Of a stretch of DNA of 29,483 bases, positions 1 to 12,649 are shown piece after piece (positions within the stretch are counted from its first letter, which is position 1; each line of letters begins with the position of its first letter). The notes under the pieces are model-generated. The model searched no databases. It was not told where the DNA came from and worked only from the letters and a program-made list of their open reading frames with translations. The position numbers were made by a program, and so were the translations under genes. This DNA comes from Utricularia gibba (Eukaryota > Plantae > Magnoliophyta), in contig NEEC01000515.1 of the NCBI GenBank assembly GCA_002189035.1, positions 1 through 29,483 of the forward strand, in the 5' to 3' direction.

Positions 1-3000
1 CAAATGCAACATTGTATTCATCGATTTGCATCCTTTTGTCCTCATGAGCCATAAAGAATCGCGGGCCCGGACCAAGTTCCTAGCGAGACTGGCCGCCACA
101 AAACGAGAAGCTGTTCCTTGAAAAACCATGTAGGCAAACACCGAAAACCGAACGTTAATAAATACATCACTTTCTTTGCCGGGCTACAACTTACTTTGGG
201 CCAAGGCCTAAGCTGATCTTTTTCCGGTTCCAAGTGCACCCAAAGACCGCCTTCTCAAGTATAAAGTAAGTTGTTGAAAAAATCATGTGGGGTGCACGTG
301 ACATCAATAATTTAAACAAATGGATCATTTTTTTTAATCGATTTGCATCCAGTTGACCTCATGAGCCATACAGAATCGGGGTCAAGGACCAAGTTCCCAG
401 CGAGACTGGCCGCCACAAAACGAGAAGCGGTTCCTTGAAAAACCATGTAGGCAGCCCCCGAAAACCGAACGATAATAAATACATCACTTATTTGCCGGAC
501 TACAACTACTTTGGGCAAGCCAAACTTACCTTTGTCCGTTCCAGGTGCCCCAAGACCGCCTTCTCAAGTATAAAGTAAGTTGTTGAAAAAATCATGTGGG
601 GTGCACGTGATATCGCAATTTAAACAAATGCAACATTGATTCATCGATTTGCATCCTTTGTCCTCATGAGCCATAAAGAATCGCGGGCCCGGACCAAGTT
701 CCTAGCGAGACTGGCGCCACAAAACGAGAAGCTGTTCCTTGAAAAACCATGTAGGCAACACCGAAAACCGAACGTTAATAAATACATCACTTTCTTTGCC
801 GGGCTACAACTTACTTTGGGCCAAGGCCTAAGCTGACCTTTTTCCGTTTCCAAGTGCCCCAAAGACCGCCTCCTCATGTATAAAGTAAGTTGTTAAAAAA
901 ATCATGTGGGGTGCACGTGACATCATAATTTAAACAAATGGATCATTTTTTTTAATCGATTTGCATCCAGTTGACCTCATGAGCCATACAGAATCGGGGT
1001 CAAGGACCAAGTTCCCAGCGAGACTGGCCGCCACAAAACGAGAAGCGGTTCCTTGAAAAACCATGTAGGCAGCCCCGAAAACCGAACGATAATAAATACA
1101 TCACTTTATTTGCCGACTACAACTAACTCTCGATGCAAGCCAAACCTTACCTTTGTCCGTTCCAGGTGCACCCAAAGACCGCCTGCTCAAGTATAAAGTA
1201 AGTTGTTGAAAAAATCATGTGGGGTGCACGTGATATCGCAATTTAAACAAATGCAACATTGTATTCATCGATTTGCATCCTTTTGTCCTCATGAGCCATA
1301 AAGAATCGCGGGCCCGGACCAAGTTCCTAGCGAGACTGGCCGCCACAAAACGAGAAGCTGTTCCTTGAAAAACCATGTAGGCAACACGAAAACCGAACGT
1401 TAATAAATACATCACTTTCTTTGCCGGGCTACAACTTACTTTGGGCCAAGGCCTAAGCTGATCTTTTTTCCGGTTCCAAGTGCACCCAAAGACCGCCTTC
1501 TCAAGTATAAAGTAAGTTGTTGAAAAAATCATGTGGGGTGCACGTGACATCATAATTTAAACAAATGGATCATTTTTTTTAATCGATTTGCATCCAGTTG
1601 ACCTCATGAGCCATACAGAATCGGGGTCAAGGACCAAGTTCCCAGCGAGACTGGCCGCCACAAAACGAGAAGCGGTTCCTTGAAAAACCATGTAGGCAGC
1701 CCCCGAAAACCGAACGATAATAAATACATCACTTTATTTGCCGGACTACAACTAACTCTCGGCAAGCCAAACCTTACTTTGTCCGTTCCAGGTGCACCCA
1801 AAGACCGCCTTCTCAAGTATAAAGTAAGTTGTTGAAAAAATCATGTGGGGTGCACGTGATATCGCAATTTAAACAAATGCAACATTGTATTCATCGATTT
1901 GCATCCTTTTGTCCTCATGAGCCATAAAGAATCGCGGGCCCGGACCAAGTTCCTAGCGAGACTGGCCGCCACAAAACGAGAAGCTGTTCCTTGAAAAACC
2001 ATGTAGGCAACACCGAAAACCGAACGTTAATAAATACATCACTTTCTTTGCCGGGCTACAACTTACTTTGGGCCAAGGCCTAAGCTGATCTTTTTCCGGT
2101 TCCAAGTGCACCCAAAGACCGCCTTCTCAAGTATAAAGTAAGTTGTTGAAAAAATCATGTGGGGTGCACGTGACATCATAATTTAAACAAATGGATCATT
2201 TTTTTTAATCGATTTGCATCCAGTTGACCTCATGAGCCATACAGAATCGGGGTCAGGACCAAGTTCCCAGCGAGACTGGCCGCCACAAAAACGAGAAGCG
2301 GTTCCTTGAAAAACCATGTAGGCAGCCCCCGAAAACCGAACGATAATAAATACATCACTTTATTTGCCGGACTACAACTTACTTTGGGCAAGGCCTAAGC
2401 TGACCTTTTCCGTTCCAAGTGCCCCAAGACCGCCTCCTCATGTATAAAGTATGTTGTTAAAAAAATCATGTGGGGTGCACGTGATATCGCAATTTAAACA
2501 AATGCACATTGTATTCATCGATTTGCATCCTTTTGTCCTCATGAGCCATAAAGAATCGCGGGCCCGGACCAAGTTCCTAGCGAGACTGGCCGCCACAAAA
2601 CGAGAAGCTGTTCCTTGAAAAACCATGTAGGCAACACCGAAAACCGAACGTTAATAAATACATCACTTTCTTTGCCGGGCTACAACTTACTTTGGGCCAA
2701 GGCCTAAGCTGATCTTTTTCCGGTTCCAAGTGCACCCAAAGACCGCCTTCTCAAGTATAAAGTAAGTTGTTGAAAAAATCATGTGGGGTGCACGTGACAT
2801 CATAATTTAAACAAATGGATCATTTTTTTTAATCGATTTGCATCCAGTTGACCTCATGAGCCATACAGAATCGGGGTCAAGGACCAAGTTCCCAGCGAGA
2901 CTGGCCGCCAAAAACGAGAAGCGGTTCCTTGAAAAACCATGTAGGCAGCCCCGAAAACCGAACGATAATAAATACATCACTTTATTTGCCGGACTACAAC

Positions 3001-4974
3001 TTACTTTGGGCCAAGGCCTAAGCTGACCTTTTCCGGTTCCAAGTGCCCCCAAGACCGCCTCCTCAAGTATAAAGTAAGTTGTTAAAAAAATCATGTGGGG
3101 TGCACGTGAATCGTAATTTAAACAAATGCATCATTTTTTTTAATCGATTTGCATCCTTTGTCCTCATGAGCCATAAAGAATCGCGGGCCCGGACCAAGTT
3201 CCTAGCGAGACTGGCCGCCACAAAACGAGAAGCTGTTCCTTGAAAAACCATGTAGGCAACACCGAAAACCGAACGTTAATAAATACATCACTTTCTTTGC
3301 CGGGCTACAACTTACTTTGGGCCAAGGCCTAAGCTGATCTTTTTCCGGTTCCAAGTGCACCCAAAGACCGCCTTCTCAAGTATAAAGTAAGTTGTTGAAA
3401 AAATCATGTGGGGGCACGTGACATCATAATTTAAACAAATGGATCATTTTTTTAATCGATTTGCATCCAGTTGACCTCATGAGCCATACAGAATCGGGGT
3501 CAGGACCAAGTTCCCAGCGAGACTGGCCGCCAAAAACGAGAAGCGGTTCCTTGAAAAACCATGTAGGCAGCCCCCGAAAACCGAACGATAATAAATACAT
3601 CACTTTATTTGCCGACTACAACTTACTTTGGGCCAAGCCTAAGCTGACCTTTTTCCGGTTCCAAGTGCCCCCAAGACCGCCTCCTCATGTATAAAGTATG
3701 TTGTTAAAAAAAATCATGTGGGGTGCACGTGATATCGTAATTTAAACAAATGCATCATTTTTTTTAATCGATTTGCATCCTTTGACCTCATGAGCCATAA
3801 AGAATCGCGGGCCCGGACCAAGTTCCTAGCGAGACTGGCCGCCACAAAACGAGAAGCTGTTCCTTGAAAAACCATGTAGGCAACACCGAAAAACCGAACG
3901 TTAATAAATACACTTTCTTTGCCGGGCTACAACTTACTTTGGGCCAAGGCCTAAGCTGATCTTTTTCCGGTTCCAAGTGCCCCCCAAGACCGCCTCCTCA
4001 TGTATAAAGTATGTTGTTAAAAAATCATGTGGGGTGCACGTGACATCGTAATTTAAACAAATGGATCATTTTTTTTAATCGATTTGCATCCAGTTGACCT
4101 CATGAGCCATACAGAATCGGGGTCAAGGACCAAGTTCCCAGCGAGACTGGCCGCACAAAACGAGAAGCGGTTCCTTGAAAAACCATGTAGGCAGCCCCCG
4201 AAAACCGAACGATAATAAATACATCACTTTATTTGCCGACTACAACTAACTCTCGGTGCAAAGCCAAACCTTACCTTTTTCCGGTTCCAGGTGCACCCAA
4301 AGACCGCCTGCTCAAGTATAAAGTAAGTTGTTGAAAAAATCATGTGGGGTGCACGTGATATCGCAATTTAAACAAATGCAACATTGTATTCATCGATTTG
4401 CATCCTTTGTCCTCATGAGCCATAAAGAATCGCGGGCCCGGACCAAGTTCCTAGCGAGACTGGCCGCCACAAAACGAGAAGCTGTTCCTTGAAAAACCAT
4501 GTAGGCAACACCGAAAACCGAACGTTAATAAATACATCACTTTCTTTGCCGGGCTACAACTTACTTTGGGCCAAGGCCTAAGCTGATCTTTTTCCGGTTC
4601 CAAGTGCACCCAAGACCGCCTCCTCATGTATAAAGTAAGTTGTTAAAAAAATCATGTGGGGTGCACGTGACATCGTAATTTAAACAAATGCATCATTTTT
4701 TTTAATCGATTTGCATCCAGTTGACCTCATGAGCCATACAGAATCGGGGTCAGGACCAAGTTCCCAGCGAGACTGGCCGCCACAAAACGAGAAGCGGTTC
4801 CTTGAAAAAACCATGTAGGCAGCCCCCGAAAACCGAACGATAATAAATACATCACTTTATTTGCCGGACTACAACTTACTTTGGGCCAAGGCCTAAGCTG
4901 ACTTTTTCCGGTTCCAAGTGCCCCCAAGACCGCCTCCTCATGTATAAAGTATGTTGTTAAAAAAATCATGTGGG

Positions 4975-5284
4975 GTGCACGTGACATCGTAATTTAAACA
5001 AATGCATCATTTTTTTAAATCGATTTGCATCCATTTGACCTCATGAGCCATAAAGAATCGCGGGCCCGGACCAAGTTCCTAGCGAGACTGGCCGCCACAA
5101 AACGAGAAGCTGTTCCTTGAAAAACCATGTAGGCAGCCCCCGAAAACCGAACGATAATAAATACATCACTTTATTTGCCGGACTACAACTTACTTTGGCA
5201 AGCCAAAGCTTACTTTTCCGTTCCAGGTGCACCCAAAGACCGCCTCTCAAGTATAAAGTAAGTTGTTGAAAAAAATCATGTGGG
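4975..5284 (+). repeat. Chimeric monomer (A-type alleles in first half, B-type alleles in second half) causing an HOR phase slip
   Basis: A alleles run to GCTGTT (T at 5111) and B alleles start at GCAGCCCCCG (G at 5136). It is followed directly by a full A monomer at 5285. Confidence 0.85.
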
Positions 5285-8200
5285 GTGCACGTGATATCGC
5301 AATTTAAACAAATGCAACATTGTATTCATCGATTTGCATCCTTTTGTCCTCATGAGCCATAAAGAATCGCGGGCCCGGACCAAGTTCCTAGCGAGACTGG
5401 CCGCCACAAAACGAGAAGCTGTTCCTTGAAAAACCATGTAGGCAACACCGAAAACCGAACGTTAATAAATACATCACTTTCTTTGCCGGGCTACAACTTA
5501 CTTTGGGCCAAGGCCTAAGCTGATCTTTTTCCGGTTCCAAGTGCACCCAAAGACCGCCTTCTCAAGTATAAAGTAAGTTGTTGAAAAAATCATGTGGGGT
5601 GCACGTGACATCATAATTTAAACAAATGGATCATTTTTTTAATCGATTTGCATCCAGTTGACCTCATGAGCCATACAGAATCGGGGTCAGGACCAAGTTC
5701 CCAGCGAGACTGGCCGCCACAAAACGAGAAGCGGTTCCTTGAAAAACCATGTAGGCAGCCCCGAAAACCGAACGATAATAAATACATCACTTTATTTGCC
5801 GGACTACAACTTACTTTGGGCCAAGGCCTAAGCTGACCTTTTTCCGGTCCAAGTGCCCCCCAAGACCGCCTCCTCATGTATAAAGTATGTTGTTAAAAAA
5901 ATCATGTGGGGTGCACGTGAATCGTAATTTAAACAAATGCATCATTTTTTTTAATCGATTTGCATCCATTTGACCTCATGAGCCATAAAGAATCGCGGGC
6001 CCGGACCAAGTTCCTAGCGAGACTGGCCGCCACAAAACGAGAAGCTTCCTTGAAAAACCATGTAGGCAACACCGAAAACCGAACGTTAATAAATACATCA
6101 CTTTCTTTGCCGGGCTACAACTTACTTTGGGCCAAGGCCTAAGCTGACTTTTTCCGGTTCCAAGTGCACCCAAAGACCGCCTTCTCAAGTATAAAGTAAG
6201 TTGTTGAAAAAATCATGTGGGGTGCACGTGACATCATAATTTAAACAAATGGATCATTTTTTTTAATCGATTTGCATCCAGTTGACCTCATGAGCCATAC
6301 AGAATCGGGGTCAAGGACCAAGTTCCCAGCGAGACTGGCCGCCACAAAACGAGAAGCGGTTCCTTGAAAAACCATGTAGGCAGCCCCGAAAACCGAACGA
6401 TAATAAATACATCACTTTATTTGCCGGACTACAACTACTTTGGGCAAGGCCTAAGCTGACCTTTTTCCGGTTCCAAGTGCCCCCAAGACCGCCTCCTCAA
6501 GTATAAAGTAAGTTGTTAAAAAAATCATGTGGGGTGCACGTGATATCGCAATTTAAACAAATGCATCATTTTTTTCATCGATTTGCATCCTTTGACCTCA
6601 TGAGCCATAAAGAATCGCGGGCCCGGACCAAGTTCCTAGCGAGACTGGCCGCCACAAAACGAGAAGCTGTTCCTTGAAAAACCATGTAGGCAACACCGAA
6701 AACCGAACGTTAATAAATATATCACTTTCTTTGCCGGGCTACAACTTACTTTGGGCCAAGGCCTAAGCTGACCTTTTTCCGGTTCCAAGTGCCCCCCAAG
6801 ACCGCCTCCTCATGTATAAAGTATGTTGTTAAAAAAATCATGTGGGGTGCACGTGACATCGTAATTTAAACAAATGCATCATTTTTTTTAATCGATTTGC
6901 ATCCAGTTGACCTCATGAGCCATACAGAATCGGGGTCAAGGACCAAGTTCCCAGCGAGACTGGCCGCCACAAAACGAGAAGCGGTTCCTTGAAAAACCAT
7001 GTAGGCAGCCCCGAAAACCGAACGATAATAAATACATCACTTTATTTGCCGACTACAACTAACTCTCGGTGCAAGCCAAACCTTACCTTTGTCCGTTCCA
7101 GGTGCACCCAAAGACCGCCTGCTCAAGTATAAAGTAAGTTGTTGAAAAAATCATGTGGGGTGCACGTGATATCGCAATTTAAACAAATGCAACATTGTAT
7201 TCATCGATTTGCATCCTTTTGTCCTCATGAGCCATAAAGAATCGCGGGCCCGGACCAAGTTCCTAGCGAGACTGGCCGCCACAAAACGAGAAGCTGTTCC
7301 TTGAAAAACCATGTAGGCAACACCGAAAACCGAACGTTAATAAATACATCACTTTCTTTGCCGGGCTACAACTTACTTTGGGCCAAGGCCTAAGCTGATC
7401 TTTTTCCGGTTCCAAGTGCCCCCCAAGACCGCCTTCTCAAGTATAAAGTAAGTTGTTAAAAAAATCATGTGGGGTGCACGTGACATCATAATTTAAACAA
7501 ATGCATCATTTTTTTTAATCGATTTGCATCCAGTTGACCTCATGAGCCATACAGAATCGGGGTCAGGACCAAGTTCCCAGCGAGACTGGCCGCCACAAAA
7601 CGAGAAGCGGTTCCTTGAAAAACCATGTAGGCAGCCCCGAAAACCGAACGATAATAAATACATCACTTTATTTGCCGGACTACAACTTACTTTGGGCAAG
7701 GCCTAAGCTGACCTTTTTCCGGTCCAAGTGCCCCCAAGACCGCCTCCTCATGTATAAAGTAAGTTGTTAAAAAAATCATGTGGGGTGCACGTGATATCGT
7801 AATTTAAACAAATGCATCATTTTTTTATCGATTTGCATCCTTTGACCTCATGAGCCATAAAGAATCGCGGGCCCGGACCAAGTTCCTAGCGAGACTGGCC
7901 GCCACAAAACGAGAAGCTGTTCCTTGAAAAACCATGTAGGCAACACCGAAAACCGAACGTTAATAAATACATCACTTTCTTTGCCGGGCTACAACTTACT
8001 TTGGGCCAAGGCCTAAGCTGATCTTTTTCCGGTTCCAGTGCACCCAAAGACCGCCTTCTCAAGTATAAAGTAAGTTGTTGAAAAAAATCATGTGGGGTGC
8101 ACGTGACATCATAATTTAAACAAATGGATCATTTTTTTTAATCGATTTGCATCCAGTTGACCTCATGAGCCATACAGAATCGGGGTCAAGGACCAAGTTC

Positions 8201-9643
8201 CCAGCGAGACTGGCCGCCACAAAACGAGAAGCGGTTCCTTGAAAAACCATGTAGGCAGCCCCGAAAACCGAACGATAATAAATACATCACTTTATTTGCC
8301 GGACTACAACTACTTTGGGCAAGCCAAGCTGACTTTTTCCGGTTCCAAGTGCCCCCAAGACCGCCTCCTCAAGTATAAAGTAAGTTGTTAAAAAAATCAT
8401 GTGGGGTGCACGTGATATCGCAATTTAAACAAATGCATTTTTTTCATCGATTTGCATCCTTTGACCTCATGAGCCATAAAGAATCGCGGGCCCGGACCAA
8501 GTTCCTAGCGAGACTGGCCGCCACAAAACGAGAAGCTGTTCCTTGAAAAACCATGTAGGCAACACCGAAAACCGAACGTTAATAAATACATCACTTCTTT
8601 GCCGGGCTACAACTTACTTTGGGCCAAGGCCTAAGCTGACCTTTTTCCGGTTCCAAGTGCCCCCAAGACCGCCTCCTCATGTATAAAGTATGTTGTTAAA
8701 AAAAATCATGTGGGGTGCACGTGACATCGTAATTTAAACAAATGCATCATTTTTTTTAATCGATTTGCATCCAGTTGACCTCATGAGCCATACAGAATCG
8801 GGGTCAAGGACCAAGTTCCCAGCGAGACTGGCCGCCACAAAACGAGAAGCGGTTCCTTGAAAAACCATGTAGGCAGCCCCCGAAAACCGAACGATAATAA
8901 ATACATCACTTTATTTGCCGGACTACAACTAACTCTCGGTGCAAGCCAAACTTACTTTGTCCCGTTCCAGTGCACCCAAAGACCGCCTGCTCAAGTATAA
9001 AGTAAGTTGTTGAAAAATCATGTGGGGTGCACGTGATATCGCAATTTAAACAAATGCAACATTGTATTCATCGATTTGCATCCTTTGACCTCATGAGCCA
9101 TAAAGAATCGCGGGCCCGGACCAAGTTCCTAGCGAGACTGGCCGCCACAAAACGAGAAGCTGTTCCTTGAAAAACCATGTAGGCAACACCGAAAACCGAA
9201 CGTTAAAAATACATCACTTTCTTTGCCGGGCTACAACTTACTTTGGGCCAAGGCCTAAGCTGACTTTTTCCGGTTCCAAGTGCCCCCAAGACCGCCTCCT
9301 CAAGTATAAAGTAAGTTGTTAAAAAAATCATGTGGGGTGCACGTGACATCATAATTTAAACAAATGCATCATTTTTTTTTAATCGATTTGCATTTTGACC
9401 TCATGAGCCATACAGAATCGGGGTCGAGGACCAAGTTCCCAGCGAGACTGGCCGCCACAAAACGAGAAGCGGTTCCTTGAAAAACCATGTAGGCAGCCCC
9501 CGAAAACCGAACGATAATAAATACATCACTTTATTTGCCGGACTACAACTTACTTTGGGCAAGGCCTAAGCTGACCTTTTTCCCCAAGTGCCCCCAAGAC
9601 CGCCTCCTCATGTATAAAGTATGTTGTTAAAAAATCATGTGGG

Positions 9644-9862
9644 GTGCACGTGAATCGTAATTTAAACAAATGCATCATTTTTTTAATCGATTTGCATCCA
9701 TTTGACCTCATGAGCCATAAGAATCGGGGCCCGGACCAAGTTCCTAGCGAGACTGGCCGCCACAAACGAGAAGCTGTTCCTTGAAAACCATGTAGGCATA
9801 ATAGGCGGTTCCAAGTGACCGCCTCTCAAGTATAAAGTAAGTTGTTGAAAAAATCATGTGGG
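9644..9862 (+). repeat. Truncated monomer (219 bp, ~95 bp missing)
   Basis: After CATGTAGGCA (ends 9798) the sequence reads TAATAGGCGGTTCCAAGTGACCGCC, skipping most of the second half of the monomer. Anchor spacing 9644 to 9863 is 219 bp. Confidence 0.92.
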
Positions 9863-12343
9863 GTGCACGTGATATCGCAATTTAAACAAATGCAACATTG
9901 TATTCATCGATTTGCATCCTTTGTCCTCATGAGCCATAAAGAATCGCGGCCCGGACCAAGTTCCTAGCGAGACTGGCCGCCACAAAACGAGAAGCTGTTC
10001 CTTGAAAAACCATGTAGGCAACACCGAAAACCGAACGTTAATAAATACATCACTTTCTTTGCCGGGCTACAACTTACTTTGGGCCAAGGCCTAAGCTGAT
10101 CTTTTTCCGGTTCCAAGTGCCCCAAGACCGCCTCTCAAGTATAAAGTAAGTTGTTGAAAAATCATGTGGGGTGCACGTGACATCGTAATTTAAACAAATG
10201 CATCATTTTTTTAATCGATTTGCATCCAGTTGACCTCATGAGCCATACAGAATCGGGGTCAGGACCAAGTTCCCAGCGAGACTGGCCGCCACAAAACGAG
10301 AAGCGGTTCCTTGAAAAACCATGTAGGCAGCCCCCGAAAACCGAACGATAATAAATACATCACTTTATTTGCCGGACTACAACTTACTTTGGGCAAGGCC
10401 TAAGCTGACCTTTTTCCGGTCCAAGTGCCCCCAAGACCGCCTCCTCATGTATAAAGTATGTTGTTAAAAAATCATGTGGGGTGCACGTGACATCGTAATT
10501 TAAACAAATGCATCATTTTTTTAATCGATTTGCATCCTTTTGACCTCATGAGCCATAAAGAATCGCGGGCCCGGACCAAGTTCCTAGCGAGACTGGCCGC
10601 CACAAAACGAGAAGCTTTCCTTGAAAAACCATGTAGGCAACACCGAAAACCGAACGTTAATAAATACATCACTTTCTTTGCCGGGCTACAACTTACTTTG
10701 GGCCAAGGCCTAAGCTGATCTTTTCCGGTTCCAAGTGCACCCAAAGACCGCCTCTCAAGTATAAAGTAAGTTGTTGAAAAAATCATGTGGGGTGCACGTG
10801 ACATCAAATTTAAACAAATGCATCATTTTTTTAATCGATTTGCATCCAGTTGACCTCATGAGCCATACAGAATCGGGGTCAAGGACCAAGTTCCCAGCGA
10901 GACTGGCCGCCACAAACGAGAAGCGGTTCCTTGAAAAACCATGTAGGCAGCCCCCGAAAACCGAACGATAATAAATACATCACTTTATTTGCCGGACTAC
11001 AACTTACTTTGGGCCAAGGCCTAAGCTGACTTTTTCCGGTTCCAAGTGCCCCCAAGACCGCCTCTCATGTATAAAGTATGTTGTTAAAAAAAATCATGTG
11101 GGGTGCACGTGACATCGTAATTTAAACAAATGCATCATTTTTTTTAATCGATTTGCATCCTTTTGACCTCATGAGCCATAAAGAATCGCGGGCCCGGACC
11201 AAGTTCCTAGCGAGACTGGCCGCCACAAAACGAGAAGCTGTTCCTTGAAAAACCATGTAGGCAACACCGAAAACCGAACGTTAATAAATATATCACTTTC
11301 TTTGCCGGGCTACAACTTACTTTGGGCCAAGGCCTAAGCTGACCTTTTTCCGGTTCCAAGTGCCCCCAAGACCGCCTCCTCAAGTATAAGTATGTTAAAA
11401 AAATCATGTGGGGTGCACGTGACATCGTAATTTAAACAAATGCATCATTTTTTTTAATCGATTTGCATCCAGTTGACCTCATGAGCCATACAGAATCGGG
11501 GTCAAGGACCAAGTTCCCAGCGAGACTGGCCGCCACAAAACGAGAAGCGGTTCCTTGAAAAACCATGTAGGCAGCCCCCGAAAACCGAACGATAATAAAT
11601 ACATCACTTTATTTGCCGGACTACAACTAACTCTCGTGCAAGCCAAACTTACCTTTGTCCCGTTCCAGGTGCACCCAAAGACCGCCTGCTCAAGTATAAA
11701 GTAAGTTGTTGAAAAAATCATGTGGGGTGCACGTGATATCGCAATTTAAACAAATGCAACATTGTATTCATCGATTTGCATCCTTTGTCCTCATGAGCCA
11801 TAAAGAATCGCGGGCCCGGACCAAGTTCCTAGCGAGACTGGCCGCCACAAAACGAGAAGCTGTTCCTTGAAAAACCATGTAGGCAACACCGAAAACCGAA
11901 CGTTAATAAATACATCACTTTCTTTGCCGGGCTACAACTTACTTTGGGCCAAGGCCTAAGCTGACCTTTTTCCGGTTCCAAGTGCCCCCCAAGACCGCCT
12001 CCTCATGTATAAAGTATGTTGTTAAAAAAATCATGTGGGGTGCACGTGACATCGTAATTTAAACAAATGCATCATTTTTTTTAATCGATTTGCATCCAGT
12101 TGACCTCATGAGCCATACAGAATCGGGGTCAAGGACCAAGTTCCCAGCGAGACTGGCCGCCACAAAACGAGAAGCGGTTCCTTGAAAAACCATGTAGGCA
12201 GCCCCGAAAACCGAACGATAATAAATACATCACTTTATTTGCCGGACTACAACTTACTTTGGGCCAAGGCCTAAGCTGACCTTTTTCCGGTTGCCCAAGA
12301 CCGCCTCTCATGTATAAAGTAAGTTGTTAAAAAATCATGTGGG

Positions 12344-12649
12344 GTGCACGTGATCGAATTTAAACAAATGCATCATTTTTTTTAATCGATTTGCATCCAG
12401 TTGACCTCATGAGCCATAAAGAATCGGGGCCCGGACCAAGTTCCTAGCGAGACTGGCCGCCACAAAACGAGAAGCTGTTCCTTGAAAAACCATGTAGGCA
12501 GCCCCCGAAAACCGAACGATAATAAATACATCACTTATTTGCCGGACTACAACTAACTTCGGCAAGCCAAACCTTCTTTGTCCCGTTCCAGGTGCACCCA
12601 AAGACCGCCTTCTCAAGTATAAAGTAAGTTGTTGAAAAAATCATGTGGG
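12344..12649 (+). repeat. Chimeric monomer (A-type first half, B-type second half) causing an HOR phase slip
   Basis: A alleles run to T at 12476 and B alleles start at G 12501. It is followed by a full A monomer at 12650. Confidence 0.85.
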
